Sequence record: SRR31156797_2069
Reading direction: 5' to 3' (one strand)
DNA length: 53,708 bases
Shown here: piece by piece, positions 28,445 through 38,204 of the stretch
How positions within the stretch are numbered: position 1 is the first letter of the stretch
Layout: each line of letters starts with the position of its first letter
Translations under genes and position numbers: made by a program
Notes under the pieces: generated by a model
Told to the model about the DNA's origin: nothing
What the model saw: only the letters and a program-made list of their open reading frames with translations
The model's database searches: none

Positions 28445-31399
28445 ATGAAACTGATCCTACTATGCTTTACGGTCCTTCTTTGTTACCCGCTAACCCTAAA
28501 AGCGCAATCCGTCTTCACACGGATGCCTGATGACCCGGAAGCATTTTTCTTCACTGCTGAAAACTTTAACATTGTGCCTGATGGAAAACACGATGTATCT
28601 GAAGCACTTCAGTTTGCTATAAATAAGCTTAAAAAGGAAAAGAATTTTGGCATTTTATTCATCCCCGAAGGAAAGTATTTGATCAGTAAAACCATTTATG
28701 TGCCAAAAGCCATACGCATTATAGGATATGGGGAAAATCGCCCGGAATTTATTTTAGGTAAGAACACGTCAGGCTATCAGGATGAAAATAACTACATGTT
28801 CTGGTTCACCAGCAATCTGGTTGAAGAAGGCCTGCAGCCAAGGGATGCCACTGCAGGAACATTTTATAGCGCTATCTCAAATATCAATTTCCGGATTGAA
28901 AAAGGAAATCCAAAAGCCATTGCGCTTCGCACCCATTTTGCGCAGCACAGTTTTGTAAGCCACTGCAACTTTTATACAGGTGATGGCTACGCCGGAATTT
29001 ATGATTTGGGAAACGAAATCGAAGATCTGAAGTTCTATGGAGGTGAATATGGGATTTCCACGGCCAGGACATCCCCGGGTTGGCCCATGATGATGATTGA
29101 TCTGTATTTTGAGGGTCAGCGAAGTGCAGCCATTATAAGCCGAAATACCGGGATGGCTATTGTTTCCATGCATGTAAAGGATGCACCGGTAGCGGTTGAG
29201 CTTCAACGGGGTGTTTCGGACCGATTATTTATGGAAGACTGCCTTTTTGAAAATGTAAGAATGGGTGTAATAGTTGGAGTCGAAAAGGAAGCAGGTAGTC
29301 AAATTAATTTACTGAATATCGCTTGCAAAAATGTAGATGTGCCAGTGCACTTCTCTCCCGGCGGAATAAGTATTGATGGAAAAGGGAATCAGTACCTGAT
29401 TAACAATTTTGTATATGGATTGGTCATGGATGATATGTCTGATTATTCCGAGTATAAAACTGTCATTGATATGGGAGCCGTTGACCTTGTGCCCAAAAAA
29501 CTGGAAAAGGTGATACCGGATCTGCCTTCGATGGATACATGGGTCAATGTGAAAGATTTTGGAGCTGTGGGCGATGGCCAGACAGATGACACGCAGGCCA
29601 TCAAAGAAGCGATTGCCAAACACAAAAATATTTATCTGCCAGCAGGTTGGTATCGGGTCACTGAGACGCTTAAACTGAATAAAGGAAATGCATTAATCGG
29701 CCTGCACCCTTATGCCACGCAATTATTGCTCGATGAAAGTGAGGTTAATTTTAGCGGGTTTGGATCCCCCGTTCCTGTGCTGGAGTCATCAGAGGGAGGG
29801 GACGATATCATTAATGGAATTGGGATAAACACCGGCGCCTATAATAACCGCGCAGTTGGGCTGAAGTGGATGGCCAATGCGCATTCCATGGTCAATGATG
29901 TGAAATTTGTAGGAGGACATGGCACCATGGCAAAGCCGGGACAGCCCTCCCACAGCAGAAAACGAGACCAAAATATCAGCAGTCCGTCAGCGCCGGCTTA
30001 TGCCCGTGGAATGGATCTGGCCTGGGACAATCAGTACTGGAGCCTCTGGGTTACCAACAATGGCGGGGGAATTCTCAAGGATATATGGACGGCTAACACC
30101 TATGCCGCTGCAGGTTTATATATCAGCAACACCTCCACCCCTGGAAAAGTCTATGCCATGTCGTTGGAGCACCATGTGCGTCAGGAGGCTCGCTTTAACA
30201 ATGTTGCCAACTGGAACTTCTATGCTTTCCAGTTTGAGGAAGAAGGCAGGGAAGGTAAAAATGCACAAACACTTGAAATCAACAACTGCAACGACCTGAT
30301 GTTTACTAATTTCTGGATGTACCGAACGATTCGTGTGAACACGCCCCGGCCATGGGGTGTGAAAGTATCCAACAGCCACCATATTGAATTTCGTAATATG
30401 CGGAGCTGGACGCAGGTTTTGCAATTACCTGAGCGCACCATTTTCGATATGGAAAAAAACCTGATTGTATTTCCGGGAGATTTTGCCAGCGTAACCATAA
30501 CCGGGAAGGAAAAAAACAACAGAAATGAAAGCTTCAATGGTAAAGCTGAGGAATTAGGCTTTGGTTATGCGTTTGCTACCGGGGCAGTTTCTGACAGTAA
30601 GGGAAATGTTTACTTCTGCGAAAACCAGCGAAAGCGTGTATACCGTTGGTCTGCCGAAACCAACACAATATCCGTCTATGCTGATTATCCTTTCAAGCCT
30701 TTTTCGCTGGCCGTTGACACCAGGGATAATTTGATTGTGATCTGCCGTTACGATCCACAACCGGGCTTTGAAGATGATGAACAGCCAAAAACAATTGAGA
30801 CACTGCCGGACAATAATCCTCATTATAGTGGCTGGGGGAATGGAGGCTGGGCAATTCAGGTCTATGCCATAAATCCTGATCATGTGGATGTCATGCACGT
30901 ACTTGAACTTGTGAAAACAAACGAGGTGAAAAATGTTGAGCGGGTAATCCACCCTACCCACCGGTGGAGAGAAAATTTTGAGGAGGTAGCCACAGGTATC
31001 GCCGAAACAAGCTTTATTGCACCAGATGGTGTTACTATAATTCCCAACACTTTTGATCTCGGGCGATCAGTGCAGCTTGTGGGTGTTTCGCCAAACCAAA
31101 GCGAACCTGTTTATGTGACCCATGAAAACCCCAAAATCACTTACCGTTTTCAAGTAGGTGACAATGGTAAGCTTTCAGATATGACTGAATTTGTAAAACG
31201 AGGTGAGTACAGCAATGTGTATGACCGTCAGGGTAATTTGTATTTAGCCGAAGGGGAAATACTTGTTTTTAGTAATGACGGAAATGAAATTAAACGAATC
31301 ACCCTGGATGAACGTGTACAGTCAATGACCTGGGGCGGCAAACATAAAAATGAGCTGTTCGTAACCACAAGCAGCGCATTTTACAGGATCAGATTGTAA
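28445..31399 (+). CDS. Beta-helix glycoside hydrolase (pectate lyase superfamily, GH55-like) fused to an SMP-30/gluconolactonase-like propeller
   Basis: Two beta-helix starts (PDGKHDVSEALQ; WVNVKDFGAVGDGQTDDTQAI); SLEHHVR; C-terminal DSKGNVYF / DRQGNLY / WGGKHKNELFVT. Confidence 0.8.
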   Translation: MKLILLCFTVLLCYPLTLKAQSVFTRMPDDPEAFFFTAENFNIVPDGKHDVSEALQFAINKLKKEKNFGILFIPEGKYLISKTIYVPKAIRIIGYGENRPEFILGKNTSGYQDENNYMFWFTSNLVEEGLQPRDATAGTFYSAISNINFRIEKGNPKAIALRTHFAQHSFVSHCNFYTGDGYAGIYDLGNEIEDLKFYGGEYGISTARTSPGWPMMMIDLYFEGQRSAAIISRNTGMAIVSMHVKDAPVAVELQRGVSDRLFMEDCLFENVRMGVIVGVEKEAGSQINLLNIACKNVDVPVHFSPGGISIDGKGNQYLINNFVYGLVMDDMSDYSEYKTVIDMGAVDLVPKKLEKVIPDLPSMDTWVNVKDFGAVGDGQTDDTQAIKEAIAKHKNIYLPAGWYRVTETLKLNKGNALIGLHPYATQLLLDESEVNFSGFGSPVPVLESSEGGDDIINGIGINTGAYNNRAVGLKWMANAHSMVNDVKFVGGHGTMAKPGQPSHSRKRDQNISSPSAPAYARGMDLAWDNQYWSLWVTNNGGGILKDIWTANTYAAAGLYISNTSTPGKVYAMSLEHHVRQEARFNNVANWNFYAFQFEEEGREGKNAQTLEINNCNDLMFTNFWMYRTIRVNTPRPWGVKVSNSHHIEFRNMRSWTQVLQLPERTIFDMEKNLIVFPGDFASVTITGKEKNNRNESFNGKAEELGFGYAFATGAVSDSKGNVYFCENQRKRVYRWSAETNTISVYADYPFKPFSLAVDTRDNLIVICRYDPQPGFEDDEQPKTIETLPDNNPHYSGWGNGGWAIQVYAINPDHVDVMHVLELVKTNEVKNVERVIHPTHRWRENFEEVATGIAETSFIAPDGVTIIPNTFDLGRSVQLVGVSPNQSEPVYVTHENPKITYRFQVGDNGKLSDMTEFVKRGEYSNVYDRQGNLYLAEGEILVFSNDGNEIKRITLDERVQSMTWGGKHKNELFVTTSSAFYRIRL

Positions 31400-31532
31400 T
31401 ACATAAAATTGCTTCGGTTAAAAGTGTTGTGCAATTACACCAACAAGATGAATTTCTTTCAATACTTTTGGGGAAGCTTACAACACACAACCTGGCCACA
31501 CGATTATGTAACAGACCCAATATACATACATT

Positions 31533-32963
31533 ATGAATCGAATATTTTTATTGCTTGCCAGTCTTTTCCTTTTACTATCTTCATATGCACAGCATTATCA
31601 AAATACCTGGGAATCGCTTGATGCCAGACCAATCCCCACCTGGTTTGAAGACGCGAAATTTGGCATATTTCTTCATTGGGGCATTTATTCTGTGCCTGCC
31701 TGGCGGAAGGTAGAAACCGGGAGATATGCCTCTTACGCTGAATGGTATTATGCAAGAGTAATGGATAACAAAGAAAATGGAGGCTATGCTTTTCACAGAA
31801 AAAACTATGGAGATAATTTTGAGTATCGGGATTTCGCACCATTATTCAAAGCCGAATTATTTGATCCTGAAAAATGGACAGAATTATTCAGGAAATCAGG
31901 AGCAAAATATGTTGTATTAACAGCCAAACATCATGATGGCTATTGCCTTTGGCCAACAAAAAACGTGCATAAAAAATCCTGGAATTCTGGTGATACCGGA
32001 CCTCATAGAGATCTCATGGGAGATTTAGCAAATGCTGTTAAGCATGCCGGTTTAAGGATGGGCATATATTATTCAATACCTGATTGGGAAAGCATTCCAA
32101 GGAAAATTGATAAATCTCAATATTATATAAGGAAAGAATTCGTTTATAAATATGGTTTAGAACCTGAAGTATATCGGGATGAAATACTCATTCCTCAACT
32201 TAAGGAATTAGTAATTAAATATGAACCGAGTCTTATTTTTAGTGATGCAGGTGAATGGCTGTACGATGATGAATTTTGGAAAACGAAGGATTTCTTATCA
32301 TGGCTGTATAATGATCCTGGAAGAAACAAGGAAATCGTTGTGAATGACAGGTGGTGTAAAGGTATGCCTGGTAAACACGGCGATTACTTTTCAAGTGAGT
32401 ATAAAGATGCTGATGCAGATTCTTTTGCTAAGCCATGGGAAGAAAGCAGGGGGATTGGTGGATCGTACGGATTTAACAGAGCCGAAAATGCTGAGGATTA
32501 TTCAACTTCAAAAGATTTAATTGTAGAATTAATTGATATTGTGAGCAGAGGTGGGAATTTGCTGTTAAACGTTGGGCCAACTGCTGATGGCCGGATTCCG
32601 GTCGTAATGCAAGAGCGTTTATTGGATATTGGTGACTGGTTAAATATAAATGGGGAAGCTATTTATGGTACAAGAACATATGCTGCCTCATCAATTATAA
32701 ATAACAGACAAGATTTGTATTTCAGCACGAAGGGAAATAAAATCTATTGTTTCTTCACCAATTGGACTGACAATATCGAAATAAACCTATCTCCAAATGA
32801 TGAAATAAAAAATGTTAGCTTATTGGGATATGACGGGAAAATTAACTGGAAGATTGTCAATGAAAACAAAATAATAGTAGCAATTCCTCACCTCACCATT
32901 GATAAAATTCCATGTTTGTATGCATGGACTTTAAAAATAATATTGAAAGAGCATGTAAACTAA
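31533..32963 (+). CDS. Alpha-L-fucosidase (GH29)
   Basis: DAKFGIFLHWGIYSVP, YAEWY, LTAKHHDGYCLW, VVNDRW, GGNLLLNVGP, WLNINGEAIYGTR. Confidence 0.95.
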   Translation: MNRIFLLLASLFLLLSSYAQHYQNTWESLDARPIPTWFEDAKFGIFLHWGIYSVPAWRKVETGRYASYAEWYYARVMDNKENGGYAFHRKNYGDNFEYRDFAPLFKAELFDPEKWTELFRKSGAKYVVLTAKHHDGYCLWPTKNVHKKSWNSGDTGPHRDLMGDLANAVKHAGLRMGIYYSIPDWESIPRKIDKSQYYIRKEFVYKYGLEPEVYRDEILIPQLKELVIKYEPSLIFSDAGEWLYDDEFWKTKDFLSWLYNDPGRNKEIVVNDRWCKGMPGKHGDYFSSEYKDADADSFAKPWEESRGIGGSYGFNRAENAEDYSTSKDLIVELIDIVSRGGNLLLNVGPTADGRIPVVMQERLLDIGDWLNINGEAIYGTRTYAASSIINNRQDLYFSTKGNKIYCFFTNWTDNIEINLSPNDEIKNVSLLGYDGKINWKIVNENKIIVAIPHLTIDKIPCLYAWTLKIILKEHVN

Positions 32964-33002
32964 ATTAAATACTAAACATTACCATTTTAATTATCTGAAA
33001 AA

Positions 33003-34436
33003 ATGAAAATACAATTGTCTCTTGCATTTATCTCTCTACTTTTTATCATTGGATGTACAAAAATGCCAGATGAAACCACAAAAAAATCATATGCCAACTG
33101 GTACCAGGTGCCCACCGGGGAACCCACAGCGCTTGTTTTTGCCAGCTACAAAACCACCATGATCGCCAATGGTAAGGATGAAGCCTTGCTGCGGATCAGT
33201 GCTGTGGACAGTGCCGGCATGGAAATTATGGATGCGGCGCTTCCCTTCGAAATCAGCGTAAAAGGAGATGCCACCATTTTTGAAACCGATCATTCGGAAC
33301 CTGAGGTGGTTTTAAAAACGGACAGCCTTGTGGTTTGGAAATCGCAATTATCGGACGGGATAAAAAAGCTATTGCTGAAAAGTGGCACTACGGCGGATAG
33401 AATTAAGGTGGAAGTAAAAACCGACAGCTTGTGGCCGGCATCTCATGAAATCCATACGATTCCTGCAAATGTAAAACTGCTTGAACCGACGGCATCGCAA
33501 TTAAAGCCCAGCCCGAATATTGTAACGAAAATGATTGGTGCTGACATCTCTTTTTTGCCTCAGCTCGAATCGCGGGGAATGCGTTTTTATGACCGGGGCA
33601 CAGAAGGAGATGCCATTGAGATCCTGAAGAATCACGGATTTAATTATATCCGGCTAAGGATTTTTGTGAACCCTGAAAATGAAGCCGGGTATGCTCCCGG
33701 CAAAGGATTTTGTGGACTGGACAGCACGTTGAAGATGGCACGAAGGGTAAAGGAGGCCGGCCTGAATCTATTGCTCGATTTTCATTACAGCGACACCTGG
33801 GCCGATCCGCAAAAGCAATATAAACCCAAAGCCTGGGAGGGGCTTGAATTCGAGGCATTGACCGAAACTTTAAAGGATTACACCAGGTCGGTTTTACTAG
33901 CGCTAAAGGAACAGGGCACCATGCCTGAAATGGTGCAGATAGGAAATGAGATCAATCACGGCATTGTCTGGCCCGATGGCCATATTTCCAATCCTGATAA
34001 CCTGGCTGAATTGCTAAAGGCCGGAACAGAGGCGGTTCGGGAAGTGAATCCCGAAACAACGGTGATGATGCATGTGGCACTGGGCGGCCAACATGAAGAA
34101 ACCGTTTTTTGGTTCGACAATATGATTGCCCGCGGGGTTGAATTTGATATCATTGGATTATCCTACTACCCAAGATGGCACTGTACCCTGGATGATTTGA
34201 ACTACAACATGCTGAAAATCGCAGACCGGTACCAGAAAGATGTGAATGTTGTGGAATACAGTGCGTTTAAAAGGGAAATAAATGAACTGGTTTTCAATTT
34301 GCCGGATAACAGGGGAAACGGTACGTGCATCTGGGAGCCTTTAAACACCTGGAGCCGCATTTTCGACGAGCAGGGAAACGCGTTGGAGCTACTCAATATT
34401 TATGACGAGATGCAGGTGGAATACCTGGATAATTGA
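33003..34436 (+). CDS. GH53 arabinogalactan endo-beta-1,4-galactanase lipoprotein with N-terminal Ig-like domain
   Basis: Lipobox IIGC; GADISFL, RLRIFVNP, LDFHYSDTWADP, VQIGNE, GLSYYP. Confidence 0.92.
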   Translation: MKIQLSLAFISLLFIIGCTKMPDETTKKSYANWYQVPTGEPTALVFASYKTTMIANGKDEALLRISAVDSAGMEIMDAALPFEISVKGDATIFETDHSEPEVVLKTDSLVVWKSQLSDGIKKLLLKSGTTADRIKVEVKTDSLWPASHEIHTIPANVKLLEPTASQLKPSPNIVTKMIGADISFLPQLESRGMRFYDRGTEGDAIEILKNHGFNYIRLRIFVNPENEAGYAPGKGFCGLDSTLKMARRVKEAGLNLLLDFHYSDTWADPQKQYKPKAWEGLEFEALTETLKDYTRSVLLALKEQGTMPEMVQIGNEINHGIVWPDGHISNPDNLAELLKAGTEAVREVNPETTVMMHVALGGQHEETVFWFDNMIARGVEFDIIGLSYYPRWHCTLDDLNYNMLKIADRYQKDVNVVEYSAFKREINELVFNLPDNRGNGTCIWEPLNTWSRIFDEQGNALELLNIYDEMQVEYLDN

Positions 34437-34651
34437 TTATCTAAGGAAATTTGCTGGAAATATCGGCCCGTCATTACAATTGAAGGTGATTCCACATATA
34501 ATGGTGAAAAGTTTGATAAATAGATCATTTTTATGCAGTTAGACAAATTATATTATCTCATTTATAGATGATCCTGCCGAAGAGTTTTTGGTTTGAACAA
34601 CAAACCTTTCAAAAAAAATCTGCTACTTTTACGAAAAATAATTTATGTGTT

Positions 34652-35104
34652 ATGAGGAAGTTTTTTTTATTGCTTGTTATCATAGTTAGTTTATCCTCTT
34701 GCGAAAAGGATAATGATGATAAGGAATTTACATCGGCAATTGTTGAAGATGTTATCAAGCCACCTGAAGCTCCGTCAGTGTATTTAAACAGCAGCGTTGA
34801 ACCTGAAGTAAAAATCAGAAATAATGGTACAATTGAAATTACAAGTATTGCAATAAGTTATAGCATAAGCATCAATAACAACGGAAGTGTTATATCAGTA
34901 GGGCCCACAACAACCTGGTTCGGGAGCATTGAGCCTCAAAATGATGCAGTAATTGTTCTGGATAAGTGGGATGGTCATTTAAGCAGACCTCCTCTAAGCG
35001 ACGGCACACACATGTTATACATCAACATTCTCCAAATCAATACCGAGTCGTATTTCTCTGACAATAATGACCTGTTCAGGAGACTGTTTATTCTGGAAGA
35101 ATAA
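34652..35104 (+). CDS. Lipoprotein with Ig/CARDB-like domain
   Basis: MRKFFLLLVIIVSLSSC lipobox, acidic EKDNDD export signal, IRNNGT and DNND motifs. Confidence 0.7.
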   Translation: MRKFFLLLVIIVSLSSCEKDNDDKEFTSAIVEDVIKPPEAPSVYLNSSVEPEVKIRNNGTIEITSIAISYSISINNNGSVISVGPTTTWFGSIEPQNDAVIVLDKWDGHLSRPPLSDGTHMLYINILQINTESYFSDNNDLFRRLFILEE

Positions 35105-35298
35105 TCAACAAGCAAGAATAGCCTGCAAAGCAAATAAGATGAAAATCCTTAACAAAATCAGACAAGGCAAGTTGCAGCATACTTTATTACGATTGCAGAT
35201 ACTTTTTTAAAGATAGAGAGGGCTTGGTAAAATTGCAAAACTTGAATCCTACATTTAGTTAATAACAGTTAAAACAGAAAAAGGAAAAGTTTCTCCTC

Positions 35299-35379
35299 TC
35301 ACCCCAGCCCCAGCAAATACGCATGCAAATCCCTATCCGTTTCCAGGGCCAGCTTTTTGCAAAGGCGATAGCGGGCTTT
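35299..35379 (-). pseudogene. Orphan copy of the last 26 codons and stop of the TPR-LuxR gene
   Basis: 75/81 nt identical to 36252-36332; translates as KARYRLCKKLALETDRDLHAYLLGLG*. Confidence 0.9.
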
Positions 35380-35534
35380 ATCAATAACGATGTCAGAATT
35401 TTTGAGTATGTCTGCGATTACCCTGGATAATGGAGTAATACCGAGCAGGACGATAAGCATACCTTGGCTATGGTCATAATAAAATCGAAATTCTTCCGAT
35501 AGAAATATAGTATCTTTGACAAAAGCATTTTATT

Positions 35535-35738
35535 ATGATTGTAGAAAGAATAAACAATGAAATATTGGTTCGGTTACCCTCCAACGTTGATTTATCTGAA
35601 TTGCAGGATATGCTGGATTACCTAAAATACAGGGAATTAACGGCTGATTCAAAAGCAACTTCGGAAGACGTCGACAAATTAACAAAAGCGGTAAATGCAG
35701 CACTGTGGGATAAAATAAGAAAAGAACGGAAATTGTAA
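35535..35738 (+). CDS. Putative antitoxin partner of the PIN toxin
   Basis: 67-aa ORF 3 bp upstream of the PIN gene; TATCTTTG -7 box at 35511-35518. Confidence 0.7.
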   Translation: MIVERINNEILVRLPSNVDLSELQDMLDYLKYRELTADSKATSEDVDKLTKAVNAALWDKIRKERKL

Positions 35739-35741
35739 TCG

Positions 35742-36209
35742 ATGAAAATCACAGTTGATTCAAACATTGTTTTTAGTGCAATCCTAAATACAAAAAGTAA
35801 CATTGGCCAGTTATTAACTCTTGGATCAAAATATTTTGATTTTTATTCTATCGACTTACTTAAGGAGGAGATATTAAATCACAGGGTCAAAATTCAGCAA
35901 ATTACAGGATTCTCGGCACAAAAATTTGAAGAAGTTTTTGATTTAGTTATTTCAAAAATACGATTTGTCGAAGATGTATTGATTCCTGACAGTTATGTTA
36001 AAAATGCCATGGAACTCACCCATGATATTGATCAGGATGATACACCATTTGTTGCATTAACAAACCATCTGAAGTCAAAACTATGGACCGGTGACAAAGC
36101 ATTGGAAAGTGGATTAAAAAAGAAAGGCTATTCCCGAATAATCACAGCTTCAGAACTGTATGAGATTTATATTAATTTGGAATTAAAAAGGAGAAAGGGA
36201 ATTGAATAA
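35742..36209 (+). CDS. PIN-domain (VapC-like) toxin
   Basis: [29 protein letters not shown] acidic PIN motifs. Confidence 0.9.
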   Translation: MKITVDSNIVFSAILNTKSNIGQLLTLGSKYFDFYSIDLLKEEILNHRVKIQQITGFSAQKFEEVFDLVISKIRFVEDVLIPDSYVKNAMELTHDIDQDDTPFVALTNHLKSKLWTGDKALESGLKKKGYSRIITASELYEIYINLELKRRKGIE

Positions 36210-36251
36210 GTAATACGGAAGTATAAAGTAGTTCCCCCAGCTACACACTTT

Positions 36252-38117
36252 TCACCCCAGCCCCAGCAAATATGCATGCAAATCCGTATCCGTTTCCAGG
36301 CCCAGCTTTTTGCGGAGGCGGTAGCGGGCTTTTTTGATGCCTTCGGAAGAGATGTTCAGCATGTTGGCGATCTCCTTGGATGAAAGGTTCATCTTGAGCA
36401 GGCACGCCAGCCGGGTTTCGGATTTGGACAGGCCCTCGCTGACATCGGTTAGCTTTTTCATGTAACTTGGATGCACATCACGGAAAGAGCTAATGAAACT
36501 GTCCCACTCCTCCTCGGCGTTGATCTCTTCCTGGATATGCCGCAAAATACTTTTTACTGCCGGGTCATCCAGTACGATTTTCTCTTTGATCTCGGTCTGC
36601 AATCCGGTTAAAAATTCATTCTTCCTGGCAATCTGCAACATCCCCGAGGCGAGCTCTTGCTTTTTCATATCCAGGCCTTTTTCCAGCAATTCCAGCTTAA
36701 GCTCCGATTCCCGTTGCTGTGCCTCGGCGAGCGACTTCTCCTTTTCATAGATCTTCTGTTTGCGACGATTCCGGCTCACCAAAAGCACAATCAGCATTGC
36801 GCCAATTAAAACAATTGTGGAGAGGATTCCAATCAATCGGTTACGTTTCAGCCTGTCGATTTCCGATTCGGACTTTAGCCTGATGAGCTGCTTCTCCTTT
36901 TCAGCCGCCTCAAACCGGTCCGTATAAAACCTGATCTGTTCCTGTTGCCGGATGCTGTTCACACTGTCGCTAAACTGTTGGAATTTCTGGTACCATTCCA
37001 GAGCCGGTTCAAAACGCTCTTTCCAAAAGTAAGTCTGATATAGTGCCTTAGCATAAAAAGCACCCTTACCCCAGTTTTTGTAGGCCAGCGCCAGATCAAA
37101 TGCCTTTTCGATGTAAATCGCCGCCTTATCGTACCGGTCGAGACCACGATAAACTATGCCCATCCAGTACAGGTCGTGGGTAGAGTCGGATTCCAGCTGG
37201 CCAGCCATTTTCAGGTTGGCTTCCGTTTGTTGCATGGCTTTTTCAAATGCACCCATAGTCACCAAAAGCTGGGCCTTATTCCGGCCATTGGTCAACATCC
37301 CGATTTTCGATCCCAGTTGCTGTTGGATTTCAGCCTGTTTATCGAGATACAACAAAGCCGAATCGTATTTCTGTTCACCCTGGTAGGTTGCTGAAATATT
37401 GGTGTACAGGGTAAGGATCAAAGACAGTTTCCCGACAGACTCATAATATTCTACTGCCTGAAGGAAATAACTGCGTGCCTTGCCGTAATCGCCCTTCCCG
37501 AAAAAAATGCCCGCAATGGTATAATCCACCACGGCATTCATCCCCTGATCGTTGAAGCTTACGGCCAATGCCCGGGCACTGTCGGCATGCTGCATGGCCG
37601 CTGCCACATCGTGCCGGGCATCCAGGGAACGGCCTTTCAGGCTATACCAGTTAATCATCTGCGCGGTATCCCTGCCTGCAAAAACAAAAGGCCTCACAGT
37701 GTCCAGTTCACCCATGGCCAGTTCCAGTTTCCTGGTGGCCACATAAATCCGGCTCATCGTCATGCGCACATCGGTTTCAAGCTTTTTAAAACCACCTTCA
37801 ACAGCCAATGTTTTGGCTTTTCGCAAATGATCAAGGGCCTTTACCGGTTCACCCAGCCCAAACCACGCATTCCCCTGTCCGCGCTCAGAAATAATCAGGC
37901 CAGCATTGTAGTTCATTTCTCTTGAAAGCCTCGCTGTTTCTGCATATAGCTCAAGCGATTTTTTGAGATCATTGGTGCTGAAAGTTTCCGCTTCGGTGAT
38001 CTTATTGTTGATGGATATCGTATCGCCGACAGCCAGTGCAGGATGAACCAATAAGGCCATAAGGAATACCAGGATCAGCGAAAAATGATGTTGTAATCTG
38101 TATTTTACAAAGTGCAT
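36252..38117 (-). CDS. Membrane-spanning TPR sensor with C-terminal LuxR-type HTH regulator
   Basis: N-terminal signal/TM, TPR helices, TM (LIGILSTIVLIGAMLIVLLV), coiled coil, LSKSETRLACLLKMNLSSKEIANMLNIS...KARYRLRKKL. Start uncertain (38117 or 38195). Confidence 0.9.
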   Translation of the reverse strand: MHFVKYRLQHHFSLILVFLMALLVHPALAVGDTISINNKITEAETFSTNDLKKSLELYAETARLSREMNYNAGLIISERGQGNAWFGLGEPVKALDHLRKAKTLAVEGGFKKLETDVRMTMSRIYVATRKLELAMGELDTVRPFVFAGRDTAQMINWYSLKGRSLDARHDVAAAMQHADSARALAVSFNDQGMNAVVDYTIAGIFFGKGDYGKARSYFLQAVEYYESVGKLSLILTLYTNISATYQGEQKYDSALLYLDKQAEIQQQLGSKIGMLTNGRNKAQLLVTMGAFEKAMQQTEANLKMAGQLESDSTHDLYWMGIVYRGLDRYDKAAIYIEKAFDLALAYKNWGKGAFYAKALYQTYFWKERFEPALEWYQKFQQFSDSVNSIRQQEQIRFYTDRFEAAEKEKQLIRLKSESEIDRLKRNRLIGILSTIVLIGAMLIVLLVSRNRRKQKIYEKEKSLAEAQQRESELKLELLEKGLDMKKQELASGMLQIARKNEFLTGLQTEIKEKIVLDDPAVKSILRHIQEEINAEEEWDSFISSFRDVHPSYMKKLTDVSEGLSKSETRLACLLKMNLSSKEIANMLNISSEGIKKARYRLRKKLGLETDTDLHAYLLGLG

Positions 38118-38204
38118 ATAAATCAATTTCAAAACAGAAAAAACAGCATCTATCCTGATTAGGTTCATGTGGAGCATGTTTTTACCGATTAACATTCCAT
38201 GGCT

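Noticed and set aside
35299-36332. Diversity-generating retroelement template/variable repeat pair
   Set aside because: The six mismatches are not confined to adenines of one copy, and no reverse transcriptase is present.
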